Below the pieces are notes generated by a model, which was given only the letters and a program-made list of their open reading frames with translations, was not told where the DNA came from and did not search any database. A program made the translations under genes and the position numbers. From a virus, in IMG/VR virus record IMGVR_UViG_3300025701_000006, positions 1-64,000 of that record: a stretch of DNA of 64,000 nucleotides; one strand, given 5' to 3'. Every line of letters begins with the position of its first letter. Within the stretch, counting starts at the first letter, position 1. This document shows, piece after piece, positions 1 through 8,099 of this stretch.

Positions 1-48
1 TTTTAACATAAGAAAATAAGAAAGTATAGTTTTTTGGAGGATATATTG

Positions 49-141
49 ATGGAATGGTATGATTATTGTGCTGTAATAGTACTATGGCTGTTTGCCATAG
101 TGTATATAATAAAATCTTTAGACGACGATGAAGAGGAATAA
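49..141 (+). CDS. small membrane protein (30 aa, not in ORF track)
   Basis: GGAGG SD at 36-40, ATG 49; MEWYDYCAVIVLWLFAIVYIIKSLDDDEEE has one hydrophobic helix and an acidic tail. Confidence 0.65.
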   Translation: MEWYDYCAVIVLWLFAIVYIIKSLDDDEEE

Positions 142-144
142 TTA

Positions 145-432
145 ATGCTTATAAAGCAAAATGCAATATATACCAATGCAAAAGGTACTAAGTATTGGAT
201 AGAAAAAGAAAATGAGTTAACGTATTACCTTTGTTTAGAGCCTAAAACTCTTCATTCTCCTTGTTATAGAAGTAAGCATGGGGATACTGAGGTATTTTAC
301 TCTGACCTAGGGGGGTTTGAGCCTAGCGGTGGTCCTGATATATATTTAGGTGCAGGCTACGGTTTTGGTATTGTACGAAAATTAGCCAAAATAAACGATA
401 ATTGTCTAGAAATAACAGTATTTGAAGAGTAA
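145..432 (+). CDS. hypothetical phage protein
   Basis: 95 aa ORF tightly packed between neighbours, GAGGA upstream. Confidence 0.65.
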   Translation: MLIKQNAIYTNAKGTKYWIEKENELTYYLCLEPKTLHSPCYRSKHGDTEVFYSDLGGFEPSGGPDIYLGAGYGFGIVRKLAKINDNCLEITVFEE

Positions 433-435
433 TTT

Positions 436-669
436 ATGGATTCATTAATATTTGCACTAGAAATAGGACTGTATACCTATGTACCACTTACAGTTGCGGA
501 TGCTTTAATAAGTAAAAGTTCTAAAAACGATGACGACTTCATCACTTTTGGGGACAACGAAAAATCTTATTGGTCGTATTTTGTAGAAAATAACAAATGG
601 TCGCTTGGAACATGCGCTGTTTTATCACTATTGGCTTTAATATGCCATCACTTTGGAGTAATACCTTGA
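436..669 (+). CDS. hypothetical membrane protein
   Basis: 77 aa with hydrophobic N- and C-terminal segments. Confidence 0.6.
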   Translation: MDSLIFALEIGLYTYVPLTVADALISKSSKNDDDFITFGDNEKSYWSYFVENNKWSLGTCAVLSLLALICHHFGVIP

Positions 670-767
670 AAAAATTTAACACAAAAAGACGTTTTGTAGT
701 ACTTAAAGACGTAATGGTAGCAATTATATTTGTATCTATGCTTTTTTCTTTAATTATATGGAAATAA
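666..767 (+). CDS. small membrane protein (33 aa, TTG start)
   Basis: TTGA overlap with the upstream stop, GGAG SD; MKKFNTKRRFVVLKDVMVAIIFVSMLFSLIIWK. Confidence 0.5.
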   Translation: MKKFNTKRRFVVLKDVMVAIIFVSMLFSLIIWK

Positions 768-768
768 C

Positions 769-897
769 ATGGAAACACTACTCGTAGCAATATTTATAGT
801 ACTACTTATAGGAGCAACAACAATACCTTTTTGGGTTTTGTACGCAGCTATTAAAGAAATAAAATTTACTTTAGACAAAAAAGATGAGGATATTTGA
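769..897 (+). CDS. small membrane protein (42 aa)
   Basis: METLLVAIFIVLLIGATTIPFWVLYAAIKEIKFTLDKKDEDI; fills the gap between neighbours. Confidence 0.55.
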   Translation: METLLVAIFIVLLIGATTIPFWVLYAAIKEIKFTLDKKDEDI

Positions 898-898
898 C

Positions 899-1210
899 AT
901 GCCAGGTTCAGAATATTATGACGCAGAGTTTTACACAGACCCAAGCAAAATAAATCAAGAAACTACACCAATAACCCCAACAGGAAAAATAGTAACTAGT
1001 AACAAGTACTTACGTCCTTGTAAAGGTATTGAAATCGACGTGTACGACGTCCTAGAAGCATTTGACGTGCCATGTCATGCAATGGCGCATGCTATAAAGA
1101 AAATGCTTTGTAGTGGCTTACGTGGCTATAAAGACAGTCAGCAAGATAAAGAAGAAGCAATTAAATCTATACAACGTTCAATAGATATGGAGAAGAAAAA
1201 TGGGTACTAG
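899..1210 (+). CDS. DUF3310-like protein (T7 gp1.7/nucleotide-kinase-related)
   Basis: IDVYDVLEAF...HAIKKMLCSGLRGYKD...EAIKSIQR pattern; ATG 899 preferred over 884 because GAGGA SD precedes it. Confidence 0.6.
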   Translation: MPGSEYYDAEFYTDPSKINQETTPITPTGKIVTSNKYLRPCKGIEIDVYDVLEAFDVPCHAMAHAIKKMLCSGLRGYKDSQQDKEEAIKSIQRSIDMEKKNGY

Positions 1211-1472
1211 CGTATTTAATAAAACAGTAGAACTAGAATTAGATTCCTTAATCGTAGAAGTAGAGTACCTCTTGTACTACGTTTCAGGAAGCTTTAACGC
1301 TTTACCAGAAGATAGCTATCCTTCTGAATATGAAATAGGAGAATGGGTAATTACTAAAATATCACTTCCTCATTACGATATGATGTTAGATATAACTAGT
1401 GATTCATTAATTATCGTACTAAGCACCGTTCATAATAAAACTATTAGAGCAGCGTGTGTAGAAGATTTATAA
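1200..1472 (+). CDS. hypothetical protein
   Basis: 90 aa acidic ORF with GGAG SD, overlapping the upstream gene. Confidence 0.55.
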   Translation: MGTSVFNKTVELELDSLIVEVEYLLYYVSGSFNALPEDSYPSEYEIGEWVITKISLPHYDMMLDITSDSLIIVLSTVHNKTIRAACVEDL

Positions 1473-1492
1473 CCTAAATGTAGGGAATTATT

Positions 1493-2752
1493 ATGTCCTC
1501 CAATCGCAAAGCGTTTGATGAAGCCGTATCTAATATGGCAATCGCATCTAGTCCTTTTTTTAATGATTACGTATTTTATTTACATGTACTATCACAATGC
1601 AAAGTAGTATTTAAAGAAGATTTACCAGCGCCTGCAGGAGTTACTTTTCATAATGATCATTATGTTTTATACATAAACCCAACAGAAGTTATTAGTACAT
1701 TACCTGACGGTACAGAATGGTTAGGTTTCTGTGAACGTATGCCTCTTGCGCATCGCATAGGTATTATTAAACATGAAATGTTACATATTGTACTTGGACA
1801 TCTATTCCGTTCTAAGGATCTAGAGCACTACAAATACAACTTAGCTAGTGACTGTGCCCTTAACCAGCAAATCAATAGCGACCATTTACCAAATGGTGCT
1901 GTATACCCAGAAAACTTTCCTAATAAAAAAGCAAAGGATCATCTTAATGAAACAGCAGAACTCTATTATTCTCTTCTAGAAAGTCAAGACAATAATCATA
2001 ATAATGATGATGATAATGATGATAATGATGATAATGAAAAAGAACCTTACGCTATAGATGACCATTCCGTATGGAAAGAAATTACAGGTGATCAATATGT
2101 ACAGCAAGAAATAACTAAAAAAATGACAGAAAAAGCAGCAAATGATACCCAAAAATCTAAGGGTAACCTGCCGCAAAACTACAGCCAAATTATAGATAAC
2201 CTAACACACAAAAGAGAAGTAGACTGGAAACGTGTGCTGCGTTCTATAGTAGGCAACAAAAAAGCAAATAAACGTAAAACTCTTATGAGAAGAGATAGAC
2301 GTCTTCCTTTTGCAAACTGGATTAAAGGCACTACTAAAGACCGTGTACTTGAACTAGGAGTGGTATCCGATGTATCAGGCTCTGTTTGTAATGAAGCACT
2401 ACATTCTTTGTGGGGAGAAATCATAAACATATGCAAAGTGTACAACACTCCTGTAACAATGGTACAAGTGGATACACAACCATCAAAACCACAAGAACTT
2501 TCTAAAGGTGTAAAAACTGTAGAAAGAAAAGCATGCGGAGGTACATACTTATCTCCCGCCATAGAAAAATTTAAAGAATACAAAGTTAATTATGATGCCC
2601 TTGTTATTACAACAGATGGCTATCTATTTGATGAAGATATTACGCCTTTTCAAGAACTTAACATACCTATTGTATGGTTAATAGAACCAAACGGTCAGCT
2701 TATGAGCCAAATGAACAATGGGAAAATGAAAGGTATTAAACTAAAAGAGTAA
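1493..2752 (+). CDS. DUF2201-type metallopeptidase/VWA-domain protein
   Basis: HEMLH zincin motif, N/D-rich linker, MIDAS-like DVSGS, GGT and TDG motifs. Confidence 0.85.
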   Translation: MSSNRKAFDEAVSNMAIASSPFFNDYVFYLHVLSQCKVVFKEDLPAPAGVTFHNDHYVLYINPTEVISTLPDGTEWLGFCERMPLAHRIGIIKHEMLHIVLGHLFRSKDLEHYKYNLASDCALNQQINSDHLPNGAVYPENFPNKKAKDHLNETAELYYSLLESQDNNHNNDDDNDDNDDNEKEPYAIDDHSVWKEITGDQYVQQEITKKMTEKAANDTQKSKGNLPQNYSQIIDNLTHKREVDWKRVLRSIVGNKKANKRKTLMRRDRRLPFANWIKGTTKDRVLELGVVSDVSGSVCNEALHSLWGEIINICKVYNTPVTMVQVDTQPSKPQELSKGVKTVERKACGGTYLSPAIEKFKEYKVNYDALVITTDGYLFDEDITPFQELNIPIVWLIEPNGQLMSQMNNGKMKGIKLKE

Positions 2753-2757
2753 ACATT

Positions 2758-4059
2758 ATGAACATTCAAGAAGTTAAAGAGCTAATCGCAGCAGCTGACA
2801 TATGTGGACATGTGCCTCTTATCAAAGGTGTGCACGGTTTAGGTAAATCAGAATCAGCACACCAGTATGCAAAAGAAAACAACATGCATTTTGAACCTCT
2901 TATCCTTTCTTTAATGGATACAGGTGACATGCTAGGTTTGCCAGTAACTAGGGAAGTCAATGGTGTAATGTCTACGCAGTGGGCAGCACCTAGTTGGTAT
3001 ATCAATATCGTACAGGCAGCATGGCCTGCAGAACTAGATATTAGCAAACTAGAATTTACAGACAAAGACTTTCAAGAAAAAGCACTAAGAGTTATTTCTA
3101 ATCACAAACCTGTAACAACTAAGGTGCTAAATGATTACTACTGTAAATACTACAATGTTCCTAACGATAGACTACAACTATTACGTCAAAACAAAGTAAC
3201 TTACAAAGATAGCAAACGTTCGGTACTTTTTCTTGACGAGTTTAACCGTGCACCTGCAGACATCCTAAACGCTTCTCTACAGCTTATCTTAGACCACCGG
3301 CTACATACGCATGAATTGCCTATCGTAAACGGTCAGGAGACGCTTGTAGTAGCTGCTGTAAACCCTGCTGATGGTGATTACACCGTACAAGAGTTTGACC
3401 CAGCATTACTAGATCGTTTTGTAGATTGCGAAGTAACACCAGACTTTAAGTCTTGGCTTGCATGGGCTAAACAAAATAACATAAACCAAATGGTTGTAGA
3501 CTTTTTAGTAGATAACCAGTCTAAGTTTCATTTTAGTCCTAAAGATGGATCTAAAGGTACTTCTCCTCGTTCTTGGACAAGACTTGCTACATACATCGAT
3601 AACCTAAATTCTACACCAAAAGATATTATGCCACATTACTTAAAGGGCACTATTGGATCTAGTACTGCCGCACAGTTTATTATGTTTTATAATAACTATG
3701 GCAGCGGATTAACTATTAAACTACTAGAAAAGATGATTAAAGAGGAAATCACTAAACACAAAAAGACAAACCCAGAAGAAATTGCCGAGGCTGTTAAGCC
3801 CGCTGTAGAAAAACTAGAGGCAATTAGGATGATAGAATTTGCAGAAACTTTCGTAGAAAGTTATTTTGCAAAAACTACTACTAAAAATACGCTAGTGCCT
3901 ATTTCTTATTTGTATGCACTTCCTGTAGAATGCCTAGCTTCTGTGTTAAAAAGTCTGCAAACAAGTAACCCTAAAGCATATGCTAACCTAGCTTTAGCAG
4001 ACAAAACACATAACAACAAAAAACTATTTATGAAATTAGTATCACATCTTAAGGCATAA
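2758..4059 (+). CDS. MoxR-like AAA+ ATPase
   Basis: Walker A GVHGLGKS, Walker B LFLDEFNRA, DPALLDRF arginine finger, SPRSW; partner of the adjacent VWA gene. Confidence 0.88.
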   Translation: MNIQEVKELIAAADICGHVPLIKGVHGLGKSESAHQYAKENNMHFEPLILSLMDTGDMLGLPVTREVNGVMSTQWAAPSWYINIVQAAWPAELDISKLEFTDKDFQEKALRVISNHKPVTTKVLNDYYCKYYNVPNDRLQLLRQNKVTYKDSKRSVLFLDEFNRAPADILNASLQLILDHRLHTHELPIVNGQETLVVAAVNPADGDYTVQEFDPALLDRFVDCEVTPDFKSWLAWAKQNNINQMVVDFLVDNQSKFHFSPKDGSKGTSPRSWTRLATYIDNLNSTPKDIMPHYLKGTIGSSTAAQFIMFYNNYGSGLTIKLLEKMIKEEITKHKKTNPEEIAEAVKPAVEKLEAIRMIEFAETFVESYFAKTTTKNTLVPISYLYALPVECLASVLKSLQTSNPKAYANLALADKTHNNKKLFMKLVSHLKA

Positions 4060-4060
4060 C

Positions 4061-4738
4061 ATGAACGTAAAACTAATTGGATACACCCAACCAGCTGAAG
4101 GTTTAGACGAAGAATTAAACATGGAAAGTGTACAAGACTTAATCGCTTTCTGTGCACGCGTGTCTAATCCATCTAACCAAATCAATATGGAGACTACAGA
4201 AAAATTGCTTAACTACCTAGCAAAGCATAAACACTGGTCTCCTTTTGAAATGGCATCAGCTACATTAGAAATTGATACTACACGAGACATTGCACGACAA
4301 ATGCTACGACATCGTTCGTTTGCATTCCAAGAGTTTTCACAACGATACGCAGATCCCGCAGACTTTGGTGACCAGTTTATTATTCGTGAAGCACGACTAC
4401 AAGACACCAAGAACCGTCAGAACAGTATTGACGTAGAAGACGACAAACTCCAGCTAGAATGGGAACGTGAGCAAAAACGTGTCATCTGGATGGCTAAACA
4501 AGTATATGAATGGGCTATTAAAAATGGAATCGCTAAAGAGCAAGCTAGAGCTGTATTACCTGAAGGTAACACAAAAAGTCGTTTGTACATGCAGGGTAGC
4601 ATACGTTCGTGGATTCATTTTATTGAACTCCGTTCGGGCAACGGTACGCAGAAAGAACATATCGAAGTAGCACTAGCCTGTGCGGAAGCTATTGCTTCCA
4701 TTTTTCCTTTGGTACATGAGTATGTATCAAAAGATTAA
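4061..4738 (+). CDS. thyX: flavin-dependent thymidylate synthase
   Basis: HWSPFE and RHRSFAFQEFSQRY signature, TQKEH. Confidence 0.95.
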   Translation: MNVKLIGYTQPAEGLDEELNMESVQDLIAFCARVSNPSNQINMETTEKLLNYLAKHKHWSPFEMASATLEIDTTRDIARQMLRHRSFAFQEFSQRYADPADFGDQFIIREARLQDTKNRQNSIDVEDDKLQLEWEREQKRVIWMAKQVYEWAIKNGIAKEQARAVLPEGNTKSRLYMQGSIRSWIHFIELRSGNGTQKEHIEVALACAEAIASIFPLVHEYVSKD

Positions 4739-4758
4739 TATGGTTAGGGATTAGCTGT

Positions 4759-4769
4759 TGTAGTATAAT
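4759..4769 (+). promoter_or_regulatory. sigma70-type -10 promoter upstream of phoH
   Basis: TGTAGTATAAT in the intergenic gap; no good -35. Confidence 0.5.
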
Positions 4770-4805
4770 TAGGGTTCACTTATAACCTATGGACTCTAAT
4801 TATCT

Positions 4806-5510
4806 ATGGCCAGACGTAAAGAAAGAAAATCCCTTCTTAGTGACAACCACTTAACTATGCACGAAATCCAACCAATGACTGAAAATCAGTCAATCTTCTT
4901 CCAGAACTACGAATCTGACAAATCACAAGTATTATTAGGCTACCCAGGAACCGGTAAAACTTTTATGGCTATGAATAAAGCCCTAGAAGAACTTAACGAC
5001 CCTACGTCGCCTTATAAACGCATTGTAATTGTACGATCTGCAGTTCCTACAAGAGATGTTGGTTTTCTTCCAGGTACACTAGCAGAAAAGTCAGCAGTAT
5101 ATGAATTGCCTTATCAATCTATATGCACTGAACTATTTGGTAGAAGTGACGCTTACGAAATAATGAAGAAGCATAGAACTATTGAGTTTATGACTACTTC
5201 TTTTATTAGAGGTATAACACTAGACAGGACTATAGTAATAGTTGATGAATTTCAAAACATGACATCACATGAAGCAGACTCTATTATAACTAGGGTAGGC
5301 GACTATAGTAAGATTATATTCTGTGGCGATATACTACAAAGAGATTTAAACAGAAACTCCGAACGCAACATAGAAATATTTTTAAAAGTCCTTAGAAAAA
5401 TGGATGATGTTTTTGACTTCACCTATTTTGATGAAGACGATATTGTTAGAAGCGGACTTGTCGCTAGCTATATTAGAGCTAAGCACAAAGAGTACCCAGA
5501 CGGGTATTAA
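4806..5510 (+). CDS. phoH: PhoH-family ATPase
   Basis: GYPGTGKT, GFLPGTLAEK, FIRGITL, DEFQN, GDILQRD, DIVRSGLV. Confidence 0.93.
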   Translation: MARRKERKSLLSDNHLTMHEIQPMTENQSIFFQNYESDKSQVLLGYPGTGKTFMAMNKALEELNDPTSPYKRIVIVRSAVPTRDVGFLPGTLAEKSAVYELPYQSICTELFGRSDAYEIMKKHRTIEFMTTSFIRGITLDRTIVIVDEFQNMTSHEADSIITRVGDYSKIIFCGDILQRDLNRNSERNIEIFLKVLRKMDDVFDFTYFDEDDIVRSGLVASYIRAKHKEYPDGY

Positions 5511-5533
5511 CTTTTAACATATATCTACAAAAC

Positions 5534-5558
5534 AAAGCCACTTTTTAGTGGCTTTTTT
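5534..5558 (+). terminator. intrinsic terminator after phoH
   Basis: AAAGCCACT-tttt-AGTGGCTTT followed by a T run. Confidence 0.8.
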
Positions 5559-5590
5559 ATTACGTAAATTTTAAATAAAAAGGTAAAATT

Positions 5591-5992
5591 ATGACTAAAA
5601 CTACAGTTACAACTACAACTACAATTAATAGCGCACCATCAAAAAATAAATGGACTTACGAAGAAGACCAAGTACTTAAAGCAGTAATTGCAAAAAAAGG
5701 TACAATAAAAGATGCAGCTAAAAAACTAAACCGTACTGAAAAAGCTATCAGTATGAGAGCTTATGTACTTAGAAATAGCGTTAATTCAGGAAATTTTTAC
5801 TTTGCTTCAAAAGCTAAAGGAAGACGTAAGACTACTAAAACAGTTCCAGCACGTCATACAGCAAAAGTAACCACTTTAAATTGTCCTGTACCTACAGTGA
5901 ATCAGGCAGCACCTGATATGCGTTCTGTAAACCTAGCAGCTTATGCGGTAACAACAGCTTCTATTGCTGTATTAGTAAGTCTATTACTCTAG
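5591..5992 (+). CDS. Myb/SANT-like HTH protein with C-terminal hydrophobic anchor
   Basis: KWTYEEDQVL...AAKKLNRTEKAISMR; ends AAYAVTTASIAVLVSLLL. Confidence 0.6.
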   Translation: MTKTTVTTTTTINSAPSKNKWTYEEDQVLKAVIAKKGTIKDAAKKLNRTEKAISMRAYVLRNSVNSGNFYFASKAKGRRKTTKTVPARHTAKVTTLNCPVPTVNQAAPDMRSVNLAAYAVTTASIAVLVSLLL

Positions 5993-5993
5993 T

Positions 5994-6185
5994 ATGGATA
6001 TTACTAAAGCAGAACTAGTGTCAAAAGAAAGACATTATATACTTGATGTACCACATGAAGAAATACCAGACTCTAATTCTTTATCCGGCAAAGACGTACA
6101 AATACTATTTGAAAATAAATACAAAAAAATAGCACGTTCTGTAGAATGGAGAGAAGACTTTTGGAGAATACATTTCTTTATGTAA
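5994..6185 (+). CDS. hypothetical protein
   Basis: 63 aa ORF coupled to the upstream stop. Confidence 0.5.
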   Translation: MDITKAELVSKERHYILDVPHEEIPDSNSLSGKDVQILFENKYKKIARSVEWREDFWRIHFFM

Positions 6186-6196
6186 CTACAAAATAA

Positions 6197-6272
6197 GTCC
6201 TTGTAGCTCAGTGGTTAGAGCACTCCGCTCATAACGGATAGGTCATTGGTTCAAATCCATTCAGGGACACCA
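6197..6272 (+). tRNA. tRNA with CAT anticodon, probably tRNA-Ile2 (lysidine, reads AUA); Met not excluded
   Basis: Cloverleaf with acceptor GTCCTTG/CAGGGAC, D arm GCTC/GAGC, anticodon loop CTCATAA, TTCAAAT T loop, encoded ACCA. Confidence 0.88.
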
Positions 6273-6276
6273 TATT

Positions 6277-6353
6277 GCATCTGTAGATCAATTGGATAGA
6301 TCATCTGCCTTCTAAGCAGAGGGTTGCAGGTTCGAGTCCTGCCAGATGCGCCA
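6277..6353 (+). tRNA. tRNA-Arg(TCT)
   Basis: Acceptor GCATCTG/CAGATGC, anticodon stem TCTGC/GCAGA with loop CTTCTAA, TTCGAGT, encoded CCA. Confidence 0.93.
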
Positions 6354-6404
6354 ACTAACTAAACTAGTAAAAAGCTTAACGTTAGCGACCGTAATAAAAA
6401 TAAA

Positions 6405-6587
6405 ATGACTAAATTACAGCTATTAAAAAACGCAAAAAACTACAAATCAGACTGTAAAGCATATTACTCTCAATATCTAGAACTGCAGTCTGAGGGTTTA
6501 GTACAATGGTCTCTAGGGATGGCATTCTTAACCGAGAAAGGTGAATGGGAAATCACTAGATTGGAGATGACAGATGATTACGTATAG
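6405..6587 (+). CDS. hypothetical protein
   Basis: 60 aa ORF after the tRNAs. Confidence 0.5.
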   Translation: MTKLQLLKNAKNYKSDCKAYYSQYLELQSEGLVQWSLGMAFLTEKGEWEITRLEMTDDYV

Positions 6588-6948
6588 CACAAACTTTATG
6601 GGCCCTATAAGCACACAGTGGTTCGTAGAACGAGGATTGACGAAGAAAGTCAAAAGAGTTCACCGCTCTAGTATTATTGCTGAAAAGTTTGGTGCGAAAG
6701 TCGGTGATGAGTATGAAATAGATGAACTGACCGAAAACTATGCTGGTGGTCGTATTGACATTCGTGATGATAGCAAAGAAGGTTATGACGGTTGGAATGA
6801 GTATGCTGTAAAGATTATGCACGGTGAAGATTGGAATGCATTGTCCGAGTACCTAGATGGCTTAGAAACAGAAACGTTAGTAAGTTATGACGAACTTATT
6901 AAACAGTTTGAAAACCAGTATGGTAAGAACATAAGATGGGCAGAGTAA
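6574..6948 (+). CDS. hypothetical phage protein
   Basis: 124 aa, GGAG SD, TAATG coupling to the next gene. Confidence 0.65.
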   Translation: MITYSTNFMGPISTQWFVERGLTKKVKRVHRSSIIAEKFGAKVGDEYEIDELTENYAGGRIDIRDDSKEGYDGWNEYAVKIMHGEDWNALSEYLDGLETETLVSYDELIKQFENQYGKNIRWAE

Positions 6949-7190
6949 TGAAACAAATAACTGATGCTGAATACGAACTATTCCAGCAACTACAAACTAT
7001 CTGGAAGCACGCAGTACCAGAACAATCAGGTCAATACTTCATCTGCGGGTCAGGTGGTGAAAAAGACGAACATGGTTTACCTGAAGTTATTATGGTTTGT
7101 CCTAGTGCAGGATTAAACTATTTTAAAGCATACAAGAGACTAAAAAATGGAAACAGCGCTAATATGCCTAGCTCTAAATATGTACCATGA
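6948..7190 (+). CDS. hypothetical protein
   Basis: Start MKQITD at the TAATG overlap. Confidence 0.55.
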   Translation: MKQITDAEYELFQQLQTIWKHAVPEQSGQYFICGSGGEKDEHGLPEVIMVCPSAGLNYFKAYKRLKNGNSANMPSSKYVP

Positions 7191-7548
7191 AGCTAGGGGT
7201 GAACCTCTTGCAGGAAGAATAGCAGTAACACAAGTAGTTCTTAATCGTACCAAATCACAGCAGTTCCCTAACACTGTTTGTGAAGTAGTAAAACAAGCTA
7301 GGTACCGTAACAACACACTTATACTTCACCAATGCCAGTTTTCTTGGTATTGCGATGGAAAGAGTGATAAGCCCACAGACCAAATAGAATGGGAAAAAGC
7401 TTTAAATCTTAGTACTTTTATACTACTAAACAATGTACCAGACATAACGGAAGGAGGGTTGTATTACCACGCTACGTCTGTTAATCCCTACTGGGCAGAA
7501 CATTACACACCAGTAGTAACAATAAATAATCACATTTTTTACCATTAA
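7147..7548 (+). CDS. SleB/Hydrolase_2 cell-wall hydrolase
   Basis: CLALNMYHEARGE, VVLNR, FPNTVCEVV, CQFSWYCDGK, YYHA...NHIFY. Confidence 0.92.
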   Translation: METALICLALNMYHEARGEPLAGRIAVTQVVLNRTKSQQFPNTVCEVVKQARYRNNTLILHQCQFSWYCDGKSDKPTDQIEWEKALNLSTFILLNNVPDITEGGLYYHATSVNPYWAEHYTPVVTINNHIFYH

Positions 7549-7559
7549 AGGAAAACAAC

Positions 7560-7802
7560 ATGAAACTAATTAAATTCGAAGCACCTTGGTGCGGACCTTG
7601 CAAAATGCTATCTAAAACTATGGAAACTATCGAAATCCCTTTCGAAGTAGAAGTAATTAACATTGATGAAACACCTGAACTAGCTATGAAGTATAGCGTC
7701 AGGGGAGTCCCTACAGTTATCTTACTAGATGACAATGGCGACGTAAAAACTACCCATGTAGGTGCTCTAACAAAAGAGCTATTTATTGAAAAATTCTTAT
7801 AA
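7560..7802 (+). CDS. thioredoxin
   Basis: WCGPCK active site, VRGVPT cis-Pro loop. Confidence 0.92.
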   Translation: MKLIKFEAPWCGPCKMLSKTMETIEIPFEVEVINIDETPELAMKYSVRGVPTVILLDDNGDVKTTHVGALTKELFIEKFL

Positions 7803-7829
7803 CTAACAGCAAAATAAGAGAGAGCTACA

Positions 7830-8099
7830 ATGCATTTAGATTGTTTAGGACATCCAATTAGAGTAGGTGATACAGTACTTACAGCAAGGTATTGTAGAGC
7901 TGGTTTTGATACTACCACTAAAGTACTAAAAGTAAACAAAAGCACTATTGTTTTAGCTATAGATAGATATACCTACGACTATTCTTTAGGGGACTATGTT
8001 AAAGAATCACACAGTATTAAACGGTTTCCTTACCAAATGGTAGTAATAGACAAACAATTACAACATAACCAAGAAGAATTTCCGGAGTATATGCTATGA
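7830..8099 (+). CDS. hypothetical protein
   Basis: 89 aa, ATGA overlap with the next gene. Confidence 0.6.
   Translation: MHLDCLGHPIRVGDTVLTARYCRAGFDTTTKVLKVNKSTIVLAIDRYTYDYSLGDYVKESHSIKRFPYQMVVIDKQLQHNQEEFPEYML

Noticed and set aside
1985-2040. AAT/GAT repeat tract and the antisense poly-Ile ORF 1976-2188
   Set aside because: This is the ordinary low-complexity Asn/Asp linker of the DUF2201 protein; the antisense ORF is its shadow.
6197-6400. Prophage attachment site at the tRNAs
   Set aside because: No integrase, repressor or host genes are visible; phage genes continue on both sides.
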